Shown piece by piece: positions 8,185 through 18,511 of a DNA stretch of 64,000 bases. Source of the DNA: Patescibacteria group bacterium (GTDB lineage: Bacteria > Patescibacteriota > WWE3 > 2-01-FULL-39-13); the NCBI GenBank assembly GCA_048499955.1, contig JASNYX010000003.1, forward strand, positions 21,785-85,784, in the 5' to 3' direction. The notes under the pieces were generated by a model. The model ran no database searches. It had not been told where the DNA came from and saw only the letters and a list, made by a program, of their open reading frames with translations. A program made the position numbers and the translations under genes. Positions within the stretch are counted from its first letter, which is position 1, and each line of letters opens with the position of its first letter.

Positions 8185-9780
8185 ATGGATTATGAAGGTC
8201 TCGAATTCGGTGAAGCCTTAAAACTTCTTGCAGAAAAAGCTGGTGTGGAATTGAAAGTTGATCCTCAGTTTAAACTTGCAAAAAGTTCTACGGATAACAT
8301 TGAAAGAGTTAACAATCTTGCCGCTACTTTCTATCATAATCTTTTAATGAATCATGATTATGGAAAAATCAGTCGCGCATATTTAAAAAAAAGAAATCTA
8401 ACTCCTGAAATAATTCGTGAATTTAAATTGGGGTACTCTCCGAACTCATGGGATAGTTTGTCTAAAACTTTAATTAAACGGGAATATAAGCCTGACGATT
8501 TAGTTAAGGCCGGGTTAGCAAGATATAAAAAGAACGGCACTGAAGTTTATGATGTTTTCAGAACAAGATTAATATTTCCGTTGGTTGATTATTTAGGTAA
8601 AACGGTAGGATTTGCCGGTAGGTCATTGCTTGAAGGGCAGATTCCAAAATATTTAAATACACAAGAAACGCCTCTTTATCATAAAGAAAAATTTCTATAC
8701 GGTTTGCATTTATCAAAAAAGCATATACATGAAAAAGATGCTGCCATTATTGTCGAAGGTTATTTCGATATGATTTCCCTTTATCAGCACGGATTTAAAA
8801 ACGTAGTTGCTTCAAGTGGAACAGCTTTGACATCAGGTCAACTTGGTTTGATCAAAAGGCTTAGCACAAACATTATTCTGGTGTTCGATGGCGATGCCGC
8901 GGGAGTTCAGGCTGCAATTAGAGGAATTGATGTCGTTCAGAATGCCGGATTAAATTTGAAAATCGTAACTCTTCCCTCAGATGTGAAAGATCCCGATGAA
9001 CTAATGCAAAAAGAGCCGATGCGGTTTTATGAATGTCTCAATAGAGCTTTGCCTGTTTGGGATTTTTATTTTTCGTATGTGTCAAAAACATATAAGTTTG
9101 ATGATGTGTATGAAAAGAAGAGAGCCTCAGATTTTCTCTTAGGAATTATTAGTCAGATAAGCGATGAGGTTTTGAAAAATCAGTATATTAAGAAATTCGC
9201 CACCATGTTCGAAGTTTCTGAGGAGGCGGCAGTTGCACAATTAAACAAGACTCCGGATAAAGTGGTTACAAGATTCGAAAGGCAGGAATCTGAGAGAGCC
9301 GAAGGCAAAACGACCGAAAAAGCTGTTTTAAGCCCTGATTTATACCTAATGTATTTGCTTTTTCACTCTCCTGCAGGCGATATTTCTGAGAATATCTCTA
9401 GGATTGAGCCGGAATACCTTGGGCAGGAAGAGCTAAAAGAGCTGTACAAGGCATTTGAGGAACATTTATCGTCCGGGCAAGAAAGTGTTGATATTAAAGC
9501 ATTTTATGATAAACTTCCTGAATATAATCCCGATATCCATAAAATGTTCGAAAGAATATATCTAGTTGATATATCAACTAATCTAGAGGATCATTCCGTA
9601 TTTGAATCGGAATTTCGCATTACCCTACGAAGGGTACAGTTCAACTATTTGAATAGAAAAATCAAAGAAAAATCAAAAGAACTAAAAATGGCGGAAAATT
9701 CCAAGAATCTCGATCTCTCTAAAAATCTTCAAGACGAAATAAATATATATATAGGCAAATTGAAAGAACTCAAAGCTTAG
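8185..9780 (+). CDS. dnaG: DNA primase, from the first stop-free Met (end of zinc-binding domain, RNA-polymerase core, TOPRIM, C-terminal helicase-binding region)
   Basis: YKCFGCGKSGD lies immediately upstream in the same frame. TOPRIM EGYFD...VFDGD motifs. Directly upstream of rpoD, the usual operon arrangement. Confidence 0.8.
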   Translation: MDYEGLEFGEALKLLAEKAGVELKVDPQFKLAKSSTDNIERVNNLAATFYHNLLMNHDYGKISRAYLKKRNLTPEIIREFKLGYSPNSWDSLSKTLIKREYKPDDLVKAGLARYKKNGTEVYDVFRTRLIFPLVDYLGKTVGFAGRSLLEGQIPKYLNTQETPLYHKEKFLYGLHLSKKHIHEKDAAIIVEGYFDMISLYQHGFKNVVASSGTALTSGQLGLIKRLSTNIILVFDGDAAGVQAAIRGIDVVQNAGLNLKIVTLPSDVKDPDELMQKEPMRFYECLNRALPVWDFYFSYVSKTYKFDDVYEKKRASDFLLGIISQISDEVLKNQYIKKFATMFEVSEEAAVAQLNKTPDKVVTRFERQESERAEGKTTEKAVLSPDLYLMYLLFHSPAGDISENISRIEPEYLGQEELKELYKAFEEHLSSGQESVDIKAFYDKLPEYNPDIHKMFERIYLVDISTNLEDHSVFESEFRITLRRVQFNYLNRKIKEKSKELKMAENSKNLDLSKNLQDEINIYIGKLKELKA

Positions 9781-9907
9781 TACTTTAACTTAGTTAGTTT
9801 GAGTTCCGTTTATCCGGATTCGGGTAAGATCGGCAAATTCATAGGTCGAATACACTACTGACCTAAGGCCGGTTGAGTTTCATTAGTTATAGTGTGAGAA
9901 GAAAATT

Positions 9908-11173
9908 ATGGCAGATCAAATAAAGGATAATCCTTTAGTAAAAAATCTATTAAGCAAAGGTATCAGCAAAGGTTTTATCTCTTATGAAGAGATCTTGAAA
10001 GCTGTCCCGGATGCGGAAGAAAACATCGAGCTTCTTGATAAGCTTTATTCTTTGTTCCTTGAAAATAAGGTTGATGTTGTTCAAGAGGAAGCTATCCCTG
10101 AAATTACAGATACCGAATTGATTGAGCTTGAATTAGAACTCAAGAATACTACATTGCAGGCGACTCTTGATCGTGCGGTTACCGGCGATCCTGTACGAAT
10201 GTATTTGCGTGAAATTGGTAGAGAAAATCTATTAACAGGTCCCGAAGAAATCGAATTGGCAAAAATGGTAGAAGCTTTAAAGTACCAGGAAACCATAGCC
10301 ATGTTAAAAAAGAAATTGAAAGTAGAGCCGACCGCTAAACAAATATCCGAAGAGTTGTTTGATGGCGAAACAGGTCCTGACATGGCTCGTGTGAAAGAAT
10401 ATAAAAAACAGCTCGAAGACATTCTTGCACGAAGCAAAAAGTTTGCAATGAAAAGATCTCGTAACCGATTGATTAATGCAAACCTTCGTTTGGTAGTATC
10501 AATTGCGAAAAGATACATGAATAGAGGTTTAACATTCTCTGACCTTATTCAGGAAGGAAACATGGGGCTTATGAGAGCGGTTGATAAATTTGACTGGAGA
10601 AGAGGTTTCAAATTTTCAACTTATGCTACATGGTGGATCAGACAGGCAATTACTCGTGCTATTGCGGATCAAGCAAGAACCATCAGAATTCCTGTACACA
10701 TGATTGAAACCATTAACAAGTTGAAAAGAATCCAAAGAGAGCTTGGGCAAAAACTTGAAAGAGAACCTACGGCAAAAGAAATCGCCAGGGTTATGAAAAT
10801 TGAAGCACAGAAGGTCGAAGAGATCATAAAGATTTCTCAAGAGCCAAGTAGCTTACAATCTAAGGTTGGTGCAGAACAAGATACAGAGCTTCAGGAATTC
10901 ATCGCTGATGAAATGTCGAATAGCCCTGAAGATTTTGCTTCTTACGAATTGCTGAAAAATCACATCGAAGAAGTATTATCGAGCTTGAGTGAAAGAGAAC
11001 GGAAAGTTTTAGAATTAAGATTTGGTTTGAAAGATAACAAACCAAGAACACTTGAAGAAGTCGGGAAAGTCTTTGGTGTAACCAGAGAAAGAATCAGACA
11101 AATTGAAGCAAAGGCTTTGCGTAAGTTAAAGCACCCTTCAAGAAGTAGAAAACTAAAAGACTACTTGTCTTAA
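9908..11173 (+). CDS. rpoD: RNA polymerase primary sigma factor (sigma-70 family)
   Basis: Region 2 [18 protein letters not shown]...[15 protein letters not shown]. Region 4 [27 protein letters not shown]. Confidence 0.9.
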   Translation: MADQIKDNPLVKNLLSKGISKGFISYEEILKAVPDAEENIELLDKLYSLFLENKVDVVQEEAIPEITDTELIELELELKNTTLQATLDRAVTGDPVRMYLREIGRENLLTGPEEIELAKMVEALKYQETIAMLKKKLKVEPTAKQISEELFDGETGPDMARVKEYKKQLEDILARSKKFAMKRSRNRLINANLRLVVSIAKRYMNRGLTFSDLIQEGNMGLMRAVDKFDWRRGFKFSTYATWWIRQAITRAIADQARTIRIPVHMIETINKLKRIQRELGQKLEREPTAKEIARVMKIEAQKVEEIIKISQEPSSLQSKVGAEQDTELQEFIADEMSNSPEDFASYELLKNHIEEVLSSLSERERKVLELRFGLKDNKPRTLEEVGKVFGVTRERIRQIEAKALRKLKHPSRSRKLKDYLS

Positions 11174-11182
11174 GTTAAAATG

Positions 11183-11211
11183 AAGCCCCGGTTGCTCGGG
11201 GCTTTTTTTTC
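11183..11211 (+). terminator. Rho-independent terminator after rpoD
   Basis: AAGCCCCG-GTTGCT-CGGGGCTT hairpin followed by T8. Confidence 0.7.
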
Positions 11212-11254
11212 TATTCAAAATGTAAAACGACACGCTTAAGTTACAAGCCGGTGT

Positions 11255-12061
11255 TTATCGTTGTTGTTCGTAGCCCTTTAGTTTAATTTGGGTAACATCG
11301 ATGAAACGAGTTTCTGGAGATTCAAAGTTTGCTCTTGAATCCCCCATGTACCAGGCAAGGTTGACTCCCATAGATATTTTGGCTTTCTCATTAGCTGTAA
11401 TAAATTCAAAAGGGAAATCAATCGATGATTGATAACCGACTGTAGGGTACTTGGCACCTTTTTCTTTCCCTCTCAATATAAAATGAATACCATCGATGTT
11501 CAGGCGTTGAGTAACTTGCGGCGGCAGTAGTATTGATTCATTTTCGACACCAGGTAATACCCAATATATACATTGACGTTTACCTCGAAGTTCACGCCCT
11601 CCACACATATGGTGTGTACCAAAAGTTTGAATGTAATGTTGTGCTTTTAAATCTAAGCCAGCCCGTGTAGAAATATCCTTTTCAGCAGGAAACTCCCATA
11701 TGGGGTATTTAAACATATAAGTTTCAGGTGGTCGGCCAGCGTTAAGGTATTGCATTACCCCTGGAACAACAAGCCCGATTTCCGGCATCTGTAAATTGGC
11801 AATTTCAACAGCACCAATTCTATGCGGATCGTTTACAGCTCTGTGAAGCACTAGTGTTTGATCTCCAAGTCCGTTAAACAACAAAGACTCATTTACCGGC
11901 TCATTTGTTTCGCCCAAACTCCTATAAGAAGTTGTCGTTTGCTCGTCTGGTTTTATTCCTGCCGATTGTAGTGCTTCAAGCAGGTCATCCCATTGGTCTT
12001 GAGATTGTTTTTCGACAGTAATACTTTCTTGCACTGTGGGATCCGGTGTTAAATCAGACAT
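11255..12061 (-). CDS. Hypothetical protein
   Basis: ORF of 268 aa. No recognisable motif. Confidence 0.4.
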   Translation of the reverse strand: MSDLTPDPTVQESITVEKQSQDQWDDLLEALQSAGIKPDEQTTTSYRSLGETNEPVNESLLFNGLGDQTLVLHRAVNDPHRIGAVEIANLQMPEIGLVVPGVMQYLNAGRPPETYMFKYPIWEFPAEKDISTRAGLDLKAQHYIQTFGTHHMCGGRELRGKRQCIYWVLPGVENESILLPPQVTQRLNIDGIHFILRGKEKGAKYPTVGYQSSIDFPFEFITANEKAKISMGVNLAWYMGDSRANFESPETRFIDVTQIKLKGYEQQR

Positions 12062-12223
12062 ATTATTTGCAGGAAATAAATAAGTTAACCGGAGTGTGTG
12101 ATAGTTTTACCTTTTGGTTTTAAAAATCGCTACCGGTACTGGAATGATCGATCGAATTAGATTCTTTGTCAATAATTATTGTTGAGGTTGGAAAGTATTT
12201 CTAATTGTGTTGAGACCGGTTCG

Positions 12224-12751
12224 TTACTCCATAAGAAACGGAGCACTTATGCTTCCGACAAGGTAAGCGGCAAAGGCTGCAGCTCCTCCGATTACAAGTG
12301 TTTCAACAATGCTTCCGATTGGGCCCCTCTTTGTGTAGTGACTTCTGGCGTACCCGAGTATCGATAGAGTTGTTACCATAAGCAACAATGAGAAGTAGAA
12401 ATTTCGAGGTTCTATTGTACCGAGAAAATATGGTATTAGCGGAAAGACTCCTCCAATAATGAATGAAAAGAAAGTCGTTATGCTATGCTTTAACGCTCTT
12501 GGGTTTACAACGGGTTCAGCTCTGTGAGTGTGAAGCATTTCTTCTTCACTTTTGGTTCCGATGTAATTGCCCGAGGCCATGGATATTCCATCGGCCAGCA
12601 AATTGGCGATTCCCAGCACAATTACTATTTTAGGGCTAAGGTTCGCCCCATATGCCCCTGCTACTACTGCGAAGGTCGTAAGGATGCCGTCGTTGGCTGC
12701 AAATACGAAATCTTTGACGATTGAGGCTTTTTCGATCATAGAAGGCTTCAC
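12224..12751 (-). CDS. VIT1/CCC1-family (DUF125) membrane protein, putative Fe/Mn transporter
   Basis: FAANDGILTTFAVVAG and LLADGISMA match the VIT family signature. Multiple TM helices. Confidence 0.65.
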   Translation of the reverse strand: MKPSMIEKASIVKDFVFAANDGILTTFAVVAGAYGANLSPKIVIVLGIANLLADGISMASGNYIGTKSEEEMLHTHRAEPVVNPRALKHSITTFFSFIIGGVFPLIPYFLGTIEPRNFYFSLLLMVTTLSILGYARSHYTKRGPIGSIVETLVIGGAAAFAAYLVGSISAPFLME

Positions 12752-13002
12752 TCCGTAATGTTAACAGATATTGAAGAGTTATAGGAAATTTATGCATCAG
12801 GAATATGATTTATGAGGATTCTCGAGGTTTTCAGATAGCTTCTAGACGTTTGGGTGCGATATGGGAATTCGATAAAAAATTGATATATTTCAAGGTTTTT
12901 TGTAAACTATTCACAGTCGAAATATCGGCTGAACGCTAGGGGGTGATTCCTAGAGCTTGTGAAGCAAATTTGGCTTAATGCCAATGTGCCCTTATATTAT
13001 AT

Positions 13003-13077
13003 TCCGCGGTAGCTCAACGGTAGAGCAGAAAGCTGTTAACTTTAAGGTTCCTGGTTCGAATCCAGGCCGCGGAGCCA
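13003..13077 (+). tRNA. tRNA-Asn (anticodon GTT)
   Basis: Acceptor TCCGCGG/CCGCGGA. Anticodon loop CTGTTAA. T-loop GGTTCGAATCC. No encoded CCA; ends GCCA. Confidence 0.85.
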
Positions 13078-13142
13078 ATTACTTTAATAATAATCGTTCG
13101 GTCGATGTCGCAAAAAACCATTAACAATGCTATATTTTCATT

Positions 13143-13379
13143 ATGTCAAACGTAAATGATTCAAGTTTAACTTCCTCAAAATTTGAGGTCCCTCAGCCAT
13201 TTATGGATATAGCCGAGTTTTATAATCGAAATATTGGTTATATAGCTTATTTTAATGAAGCGGCTGAACTCATTGAGCAGGCTGGGAATGGGGATATGGG
13301 AGCTAATGCACGATTATTAGCTGCAGAATCTGATGACGAAGATCCGATAAATATTGCCTTAAGAGAGCGAGTGTCATGA
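13143..13379 (+). CDS. Small hypothetical protein (78 aa)
   Basis: ORF with an ATGA overlap to the next small ORF, directly downstream of tRNA-Asn. Confidence 0.3.
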   Translation: MSNVNDSSLTSSKFEVPQPFMDIAEFYNRNIGYIAYFNEAAELIEQAGNGDMGANARLLAAESDDEDPINIALRERVS

Positions 13380-13609
13380 ATAGCAATTGGATCCTGGGTG
13401 GTGCTTATTATGATCCTCGGGAAGATTTTGCACTTTTGAATTCAGGGGTCAGTTTACGCAATGAAAAGCTATTGAGAAAAATTCAGGCTGGTATTAGTGC
13501 TAACTTTCGAGAGTCTCGTAAAAGACTGTTGGAGGCTATTGGTGCTGATGTAGAGCTAAACGAGAAGTTTAGTGGTTTGCTCAGATTATTTGAATATCGA
13601 TCAGTATAA
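13376..13609 (+). CDS. Small hypothetical protein (77 aa)
   Basis: Translationally coupled to 13143..13379 through the ATGA overlap. Confidence 0.3.
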   Translation: MNSNWILGGAYYDPREDFALLNSGVSLRNEKLLRKIQAGISANFRESRKRLLEAIGADVELNEKFSGLLRLFEYRSV

Positions 13610-14219
13610 GGTTATTCTTCGTGTTAGTCTTGATATCTATCCTATTCTCTCCCGTTCCGGTATTTCCCACTTCACGTTTCTTTACCGATATCAGAATCAC
13701 ACATGCTAGCAAAGAAAACGCTAATAGTACGATTGCCATTGGGCTTAGATAAGTGTTACTGGGTTTTAGTTCTATGCTCAAGATCCAAGCATGTTAGTCA
13801 AATAAATATTTCTTGTCACAACAATATAATTTAAGTTCTAACTTAAAACCCGGTGCGTTAGAACTAATGCGTGGAAATGTTTGCATTTTTCTTCGTAATT
13901 ATTGGGATGCTAAACCTGCATCCAAAAACGAGAAATTACCTCATAAAATTTTCAAATGCTGCTACGGGATTAAAAACGGAGATTACTAATACCACAATTA
14001 CCCTATGCAAAATTTCGCGGATTATTTCGCTCTTAATGGGATTATATTTACTACTAGGATAGTCGCATCTTCTAGTTTCGTTTACCGCAGAAGCTCATAC
14101 CTCACAACCTCAGTATTTCAAAATCTTATCAAGAAATTTGTCTATACCAAGATGTGCTAGAGATATATATCTAATAGCCACATGCCGAATAACGATAACT
14201 ATATATTGACAAACGGCAA

Positions 14220-14750
14220 ATGGCCATTCAAAATAACGATATGAAAAAAGGATCAGTACTATTTCTGAAAGTTGTTATTTTTCTTATCGCCATTGTGGCG
14301 CTTGCCTGTTTGGTTTGGTTTCCTCAAACTGAGGGACGGGCTGTTAAATTAGATCTAGTGAGCATTTACACTGATCCGCTTATTATCTATGGTTATATTG
14401 CTTCAATTCCGTTTTTTGTTGCTCTGTTTCAGGCATTTAAATTGCTTGGATACATTGAGCAGAATAAGACATTCTCAAAAATGGCTGTGAAAGCGGTGAG
14501 AAATATAAAGTACTCTACAATTGGGATTCCTCTTTTTATTTTTGGCGGAGTGCTGTTTATTATCTTAAATTCTGATGGTGATGATGCAACCGGTCCTATT
14601 GCTTTGGGCATTTACACTACATTTGCGTCTGTGGTAATAGCTACGGCTACTGCAATTTTCGAAAGACTTTTACAAAATGCTATAGATCTAAAATCTGAAA
14701 ATGATTTAACAGTATGCATTCCTATTTATGGCCATAATAATAAACATTGA
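14220..14750 (+). CDS. Membrane protein (DUF2975-like), partner of an XRE regulator
   Basis: Four predicted TM helices. Followed 4 nt later by a small XRE-HTH gene, the YozG-type pairing. Confidence 0.45.
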   Translation: MAIQNNDMKKGSVLFLKVVIFLIAIVALACLVWFPQTEGRAVKLDLVSIYTDPLIIYGYIASIPFFVALFQAFKLLGYIEQNKTFSKMAVKAVRNIKYSTIGIPLFIFGGVLFIILNSDGDDATGPIALGIYTTFASVVIATATAIFERLLQNAIDLKSENDLTVCIPIYGHNNKH

Positions 14751-14754
14751 TGTC

Positions 14755-14943
14755 ATGTTGGCAAAACGAAAAATGAGCGTTACTGAGCTTGCGGAAAAAG
14801 TCGGTATAACCATGGCTAACCTTTCTATTCTTAAAAACGGAAAGGCAAAAGCAGTACGTTTCTCAACCCTGGAAGCAATTTGTAAGGCTTTAGACTGTCA
14901 ACCGGGAGATATTTTAGAGTATAAAGATGAACGTAAAGCTTAG
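14755..14943 (+). CDS. XRE-family HTH transcriptional regulator (YozG-like)
   Basis: MSVTELAEKVGITMANLSILKNGK helix-turn-helix. Start moved to the internal Met after the upstream stop. Confidence 0.7.
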   Translation: MLAKRKMSVTELAEKVGITMANLSILKNGKAKAVRFSTLEAICKALDCQPGDILEYKDERKA

Positions 14944-14961
14944 TGATAAACGATTTTAGAA

Positions 14962-15687
14962 TTATCCTCTCACGCCGAAGAACAACATTACACTTGCGAA
15001 CAATAGCCCAAAGCCGACTATGTATCTGAACTTATCCTGTGGAACCTTGTTTACTAATTTTTTTGCAAAATATGCACCAAAATAAGAAACCAGTATTGCA
15101 ACAAACAATAAAGTGATTGAAAAATCTTTGATTTCCACACCGCCTTGGTAGTATCTGATCAATCTGGTGCTATCTATCAAAAAAGCAATCGCCCCGGAAG
15201 TAAAGATATATGTAGATTTCGGCAAATTAAATGCACCTAGGAATGCACCCCTGACTGCTCCTCCTACTCCTAGTAACCCGGCAAAAAATCCGGATAAGAC
15301 ACCTCCGACTAAAGCGTTTCGGTTGTTTTCAGCCAATTTCCATTTTGATGGAAAAATTATGAACAAAGTGTAACCTGTTAGAAATACTGCAAGAACCCTC
15401 TTTAATATTATCGGATCGGCTGAAAGGGGTATTGAAGCTCCCAAGTAGCTCGCAATAATTCCGGGGATGCCGAATAACAAAATTAACTTCCAGTTTATTC
15501 CTTTTTTAAATAGCAATATCTTCCATATATCTCCAAACCAATGAATGATACCTACAAACAACAAAACCTCAGGCAAAGAAAACCAAATAGCCAATGCAGA
15601 AACCATTATTGTTGATGTACCAAAACCGGTTATTGTTCCAAAGAATGCGGCAATGAATGTCAGAAAAAGAATTAAGAAAAATTCCAT
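14962..15687 (-). CDS. TauE/SafE (DUF81) family membrane exporter
   Basis: Glycine-rich TM repeats (GFGTSTIMV, GLLGVGGAV) typical of TauE/SafE. Confidence 0.65.
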   Translation of the reverse strand: MEFFLILFLTFIAAFFGTITGFGTSTIMVSALAIWFSLPEVLLFVGIIHWFGDIWKILLFKKGINWKLILLFGIPGIIASYLGASIPLSADPIILKRVLAVFLTGYTLFIIFPSKWKLAENNRNALVGGVLSGFFAGLLGVGGAVRGAFLGAFNLPKSTYIFTSGAIAFLIDSTRLIRYYQGGVEIKDFSITLLFVAILVSYFGAYFAKKLVNKVPQDKFRYIVGFGLLFASVMLFFGVRG

Positions 15688-15749
15688 GCTTTATAAAGTA
15701 TACCTCTATGAGACACGCTTTCTGAGCATAAAACTATTCGGTTTCGTAT

Positions 15750-16190
15750 GTGACTCGGTTACAATATACTTATCATATGCAAATAACTTCTACCGATAAC
15801 TCTGTACCCAAGGTTGGGGAACTTCTATACCTCGAATCATCCCACGAAACAGATATGGCTCAGTCTGCGAGCCTAATTTTTATTGACGAAGAAATTGTTG
15901 AGGGATCTCAATGGATGTATACGCAAACTGCTATCATTGGAGATTTCGGAAACGGCCAAGAAGTATATACACGTTTTGAATCCGGTGGTATTTCTCCGCA
16001 ACATATTAGAGCTGCTACTAACGAAGATATTTTAAAATTCATAGATTTAATGAAACAGAACAAGATAACTGAAGATTCTCATGATCTTAACGAATGGCTA
16101 GTAGAAATAGAATCTGATCAAGTTCTGCTTGCTGAAGAAAAAGAAAGAATAAGAACACTGGCGAACACTAACTCGCATGAACTCTCCTGA
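15750..16190 (+). CDS. Hypothetical protein
   Basis: ORF only. Confidence 0.35.
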   Translation: MTRLQYTYHMQITSTDNSVPKVGELLYLESSHETDMAQSASLIFIDEEIVEGSQWMYTQTAIIGDFGNGQEVYTRFESGGISPQHIRAATNEDILKFIDLMKQNKITEDSHDLNEWLVEIESDQVLLAEEKERIRTLANTNSHELS

Positions 16191-16202
16191 TATAATTTCT
16201 AT

Positions 16203-17222
16203 ATGGCTGAATTGAAAACAAAAGCTACAAACCAGAACCCAGTCGAATTTTTGCATACTATCGAACCTGAACAAAAACAAAAAGACGGTTTCGCACTTCT
16301 CGAAATGTTTCAGAAGATTACCGAAGAAAAAGCCGTTATGTGGGGAACAAGTATTGTCGGTTTCGGCAAATATCATTACAAGTCGGAACGAAGTTCTCAA
16401 GAAGGTGATTGGCCTTTAGTTGGATTTTCTCCTCGTAAGCAAAATTTAACACTTTATATTATGAGCGGTAATGAAGGGAGTACTGACCTCTTAGATCGCC
16501 TCGGTAAGCATAAAAAAAGTGTAGGTTGTTTATATATCAACAATCTTTCAGATGTAGACCAGTCTATTTTAGGTAAATTAATAAAGAAATCTTTTCAATA
16601 TATGAAAACTCAAAATAAAACATCAACTGATACCGGTACAAGCCAACGTGTTTCAAATGTTAATACAAAAAAAGAATTGAGTAACGATCAACGTAAAGAG
16701 TTATTGGAAGTTTTGAAATCACGTTTTGAAAACAACATGAGTCGACATAAAGAAATTACATGGACAAAAGTATTGTCTAAGCTTGAAGCAAATACCCAAA
16801 AATTATGGTCATTAAATGAAATGGAAAGAACCGGAGGCGAACCCGATGTTATTGGTTATGACAAAAAGTCAGATGAATATATTTTTTATGATTGTTCAAG
16901 TGAAAGCCCCTCAGGCCGTCTTAGTCTTTGTTACGACCGAGATGCATTAGAATCAAGAAAAGAACATAAGCCTGTAGGTAGTGCAATTGGTATGTCAGAA
17001 GATATGGGTGTTGAACTTTTAAATGAAGCACAATATCGTGAATTACAGAAGCTCGAAAAATTCGATACCAGAACTTCAAGTTGGGTGTTAACACCAACGG
17101 CGATTAGGAAGCTTGGAGGTGCTTTATTTTGTGATCGAAGATATGACCATGTTTTTACTTATCATAACGGTGTTGAATCTTATTATGCTTCAAGAGGGTT
17201 TCGTGCTGTGTTAAGGGTTTAA
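16203..17222 (+). CDS. Hypothetical protein, DUF1801 (YdhG-like) N-terminal region plus a second uncharacterised domain
   Basis: NPVEFLHTIEPEQKQKDGFALLEMFQ...MWGTSIVGFGKYHY resembles the DUF1801 family. Confidence 0.4.
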   Translation: MAELKTKATNQNPVEFLHTIEPEQKQKDGFALLEMFQKITEEKAVMWGTSIVGFGKYHYKSERSSQEGDWPLVGFSPRKQNLTLYIMSGNEGSTDLLDRLGKHKKSVGCLYINNLSDVDQSILGKLIKKSFQYMKTQNKTSTDTGTSQRVSNVNTKKELSNDQRKELLEVLKSRFENNMSRHKEITWTKVLSKLEANTQKLWSLNEMERTGGEPDVIGYDKKSDEYIFYDCSSESPSGRLSLCYDRDALESRKEHKPVGSAIGMSEDMGVELLNEAQYRELQKLEKFDTRTSSWVLTPTAIRKLGGALFCDRRYDHVFTYHNGVESYYASRGFRAVLRV

Positions 17223-17234
17223 GCCTTCGCCTAT

Positions 17235-17561
17235 TTGTCTCAAAGTATAGATTATGTTATTATTTGTGCAATTATGGACCGTTCCCAAACTCCTGAAACC
17301 GAAGAGATTGCTCCTATCTACTTTAAGTTCGACAATTCCGAAGATGCTTGGGAGGCAGCAAGGGCATTTTGGCGGTGGCAAAATGAAACAGATGTATCAC
17401 CAAGTACGTTTATAATTAACGCCGCAGATTTTGCGGAAGTTTCACTTGGTCCTGGTAGTTTAGCTGATCAGGAGCTTTTCGCCAAATTTTGTGCCGAACA
17501 TTTTCCGGGAACATTCACAAGTCACGATAAACCACAATCTGATCCTGATCAATTTATATAG
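17235..17561 (+). CDS. Hypothetical protein
   Basis: ORF only. Confidence 0.3.
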   Translation: MSQSIDYVIICAIMDRSQTPETEEIAPIYFKFDNSEDAWEAARAFWRWQNETDVSPSTFIINAADFAEVSLGPGSLADQELFAKFCAEHFPGTFTSHDKPQSDPDQFI

Positions 17562-17710
17562 TTATCCTCAATAAACTTAGTTACCCACGATATATAACAT
17601 CGGATAAATCAGCCAAATTGAGTTAAGACGGTTATTAAGGTCAATAATATTTGCTAAAATCTACATGTTAAGAAGTTTATATAGCAATATGCAGTTGTTT
17701 TAATATAAGT

Positions 17711-18511
17711 ATGAGTTCATACGCTGTCTCGGGTATAGCCGCTAAGAGAGATACCACGGAATCGGCCATGATGGAGGGGGTCGTTAGTAGTGAATACACG
17801 GCGGAACAACAAAGTTACTTATTAAGTTTAGGTGAGCTCGTAGAGTTTTTAGATGAAGGTTTGGGACAGGATAGCTGGTGGGTAGTGGGCGGACTAAGTC
17901 GGGATGCACATCTTGGGAAAAAAGATTTTACTGTTAAGTATCAAGATGGCGGATTACGGGATGTTGATATATTAGTTCGGGAAGATAAAAAAAGATTATA
18001 CTATCATAAACTCGCTCCTTTGTATCAGGGGCCTCTGAGACTTGCGGGAGAAAGTCTTGGGACAAATATTCAGATAGGTGATAACCGAGTTGATTTGAGA
18101 TTTGGCAAAATCCTTGTTGGTGTTCCTCCTGAAACCTTCAATACTGAAGTTCTGTCCGTGGGTGATGTGAAGTTTCCTAGCGTGCCATTGAACACACTCT
18201 TTCACCTATACGCAGTTGGTGATAGGCCATTTGGAAAAATGCGTCAAAAAGATTTTCTAAACGCGCTTTTAATCGGAAGATTTATGATGGAGAATCCAAG
18301 CGATAAGTATCCGGAAAGTATGTATGAAGGATTTCATGAATTTGCTTATAGAAAAAACCAACTAAGAGAAGATCAGTTTATGCTTCGCCTTAGGGATCTG
18401 GCTCACGCTTATTCAATTTCCCCATTAAATAAAATTTTACCGATGAGTGACCCGACAACAAGAGAAGCCTTAATTCATCTTTGGTCGATGTTGACAGAAA
18501 TTCGATCCTAA
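17711..18511 (+). CDS. Hypothetical protein, possible nucleotidyltransferase fold
   Basis: VVGGLSRDAHLG...LRDVDILV resembles the hG[GS]...DxD minimal NTase motif. Confidence 0.3.
   Translation: MSSYAVSGIAAKRDTTESAMMEGVVSSEYTAEQQSYLLSLGELVEFLDEGLGQDSWWVVGGLSRDAHLGKKDFTVKYQDGGLRDVDILVREDKKRLYYHKLAPLYQGPLRLAGESLGTNIQIGDNRVDLRFGKILVGVPPETFNTEVLSVGDVKFPSVPLNTLFHLYAVGDRPFGKMRQKDFLNALLIGRFMMENPSDKYPESMYEGFHEFAYRKNQLREDQFMLRLRDLAHAYSISPLNKILPMSDPTTREALIHLWSMLTEIRS

Noticed and set aside
7975-8190. Genome-wide reassignment of TAA/TAG to sense codons as an explanation for the dnaG in-frame stops
   Set aside because: Most long neighbouring genes (rpoD, metG, ftsK, copA and others) end in TAA or TAG without obvious read-through. 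The three dnaG stops align with three different residues (V, K, G). No suppressor-type tRNA is present among the four tRNAs in the window.
12752-14220. Integrated prophage or genomic island at tRNA-Asn
   Set aside because: I found no integrase or recombinase gene and no direct repeat of the tRNA 3' end. It is reported only as possible decayed cargo.
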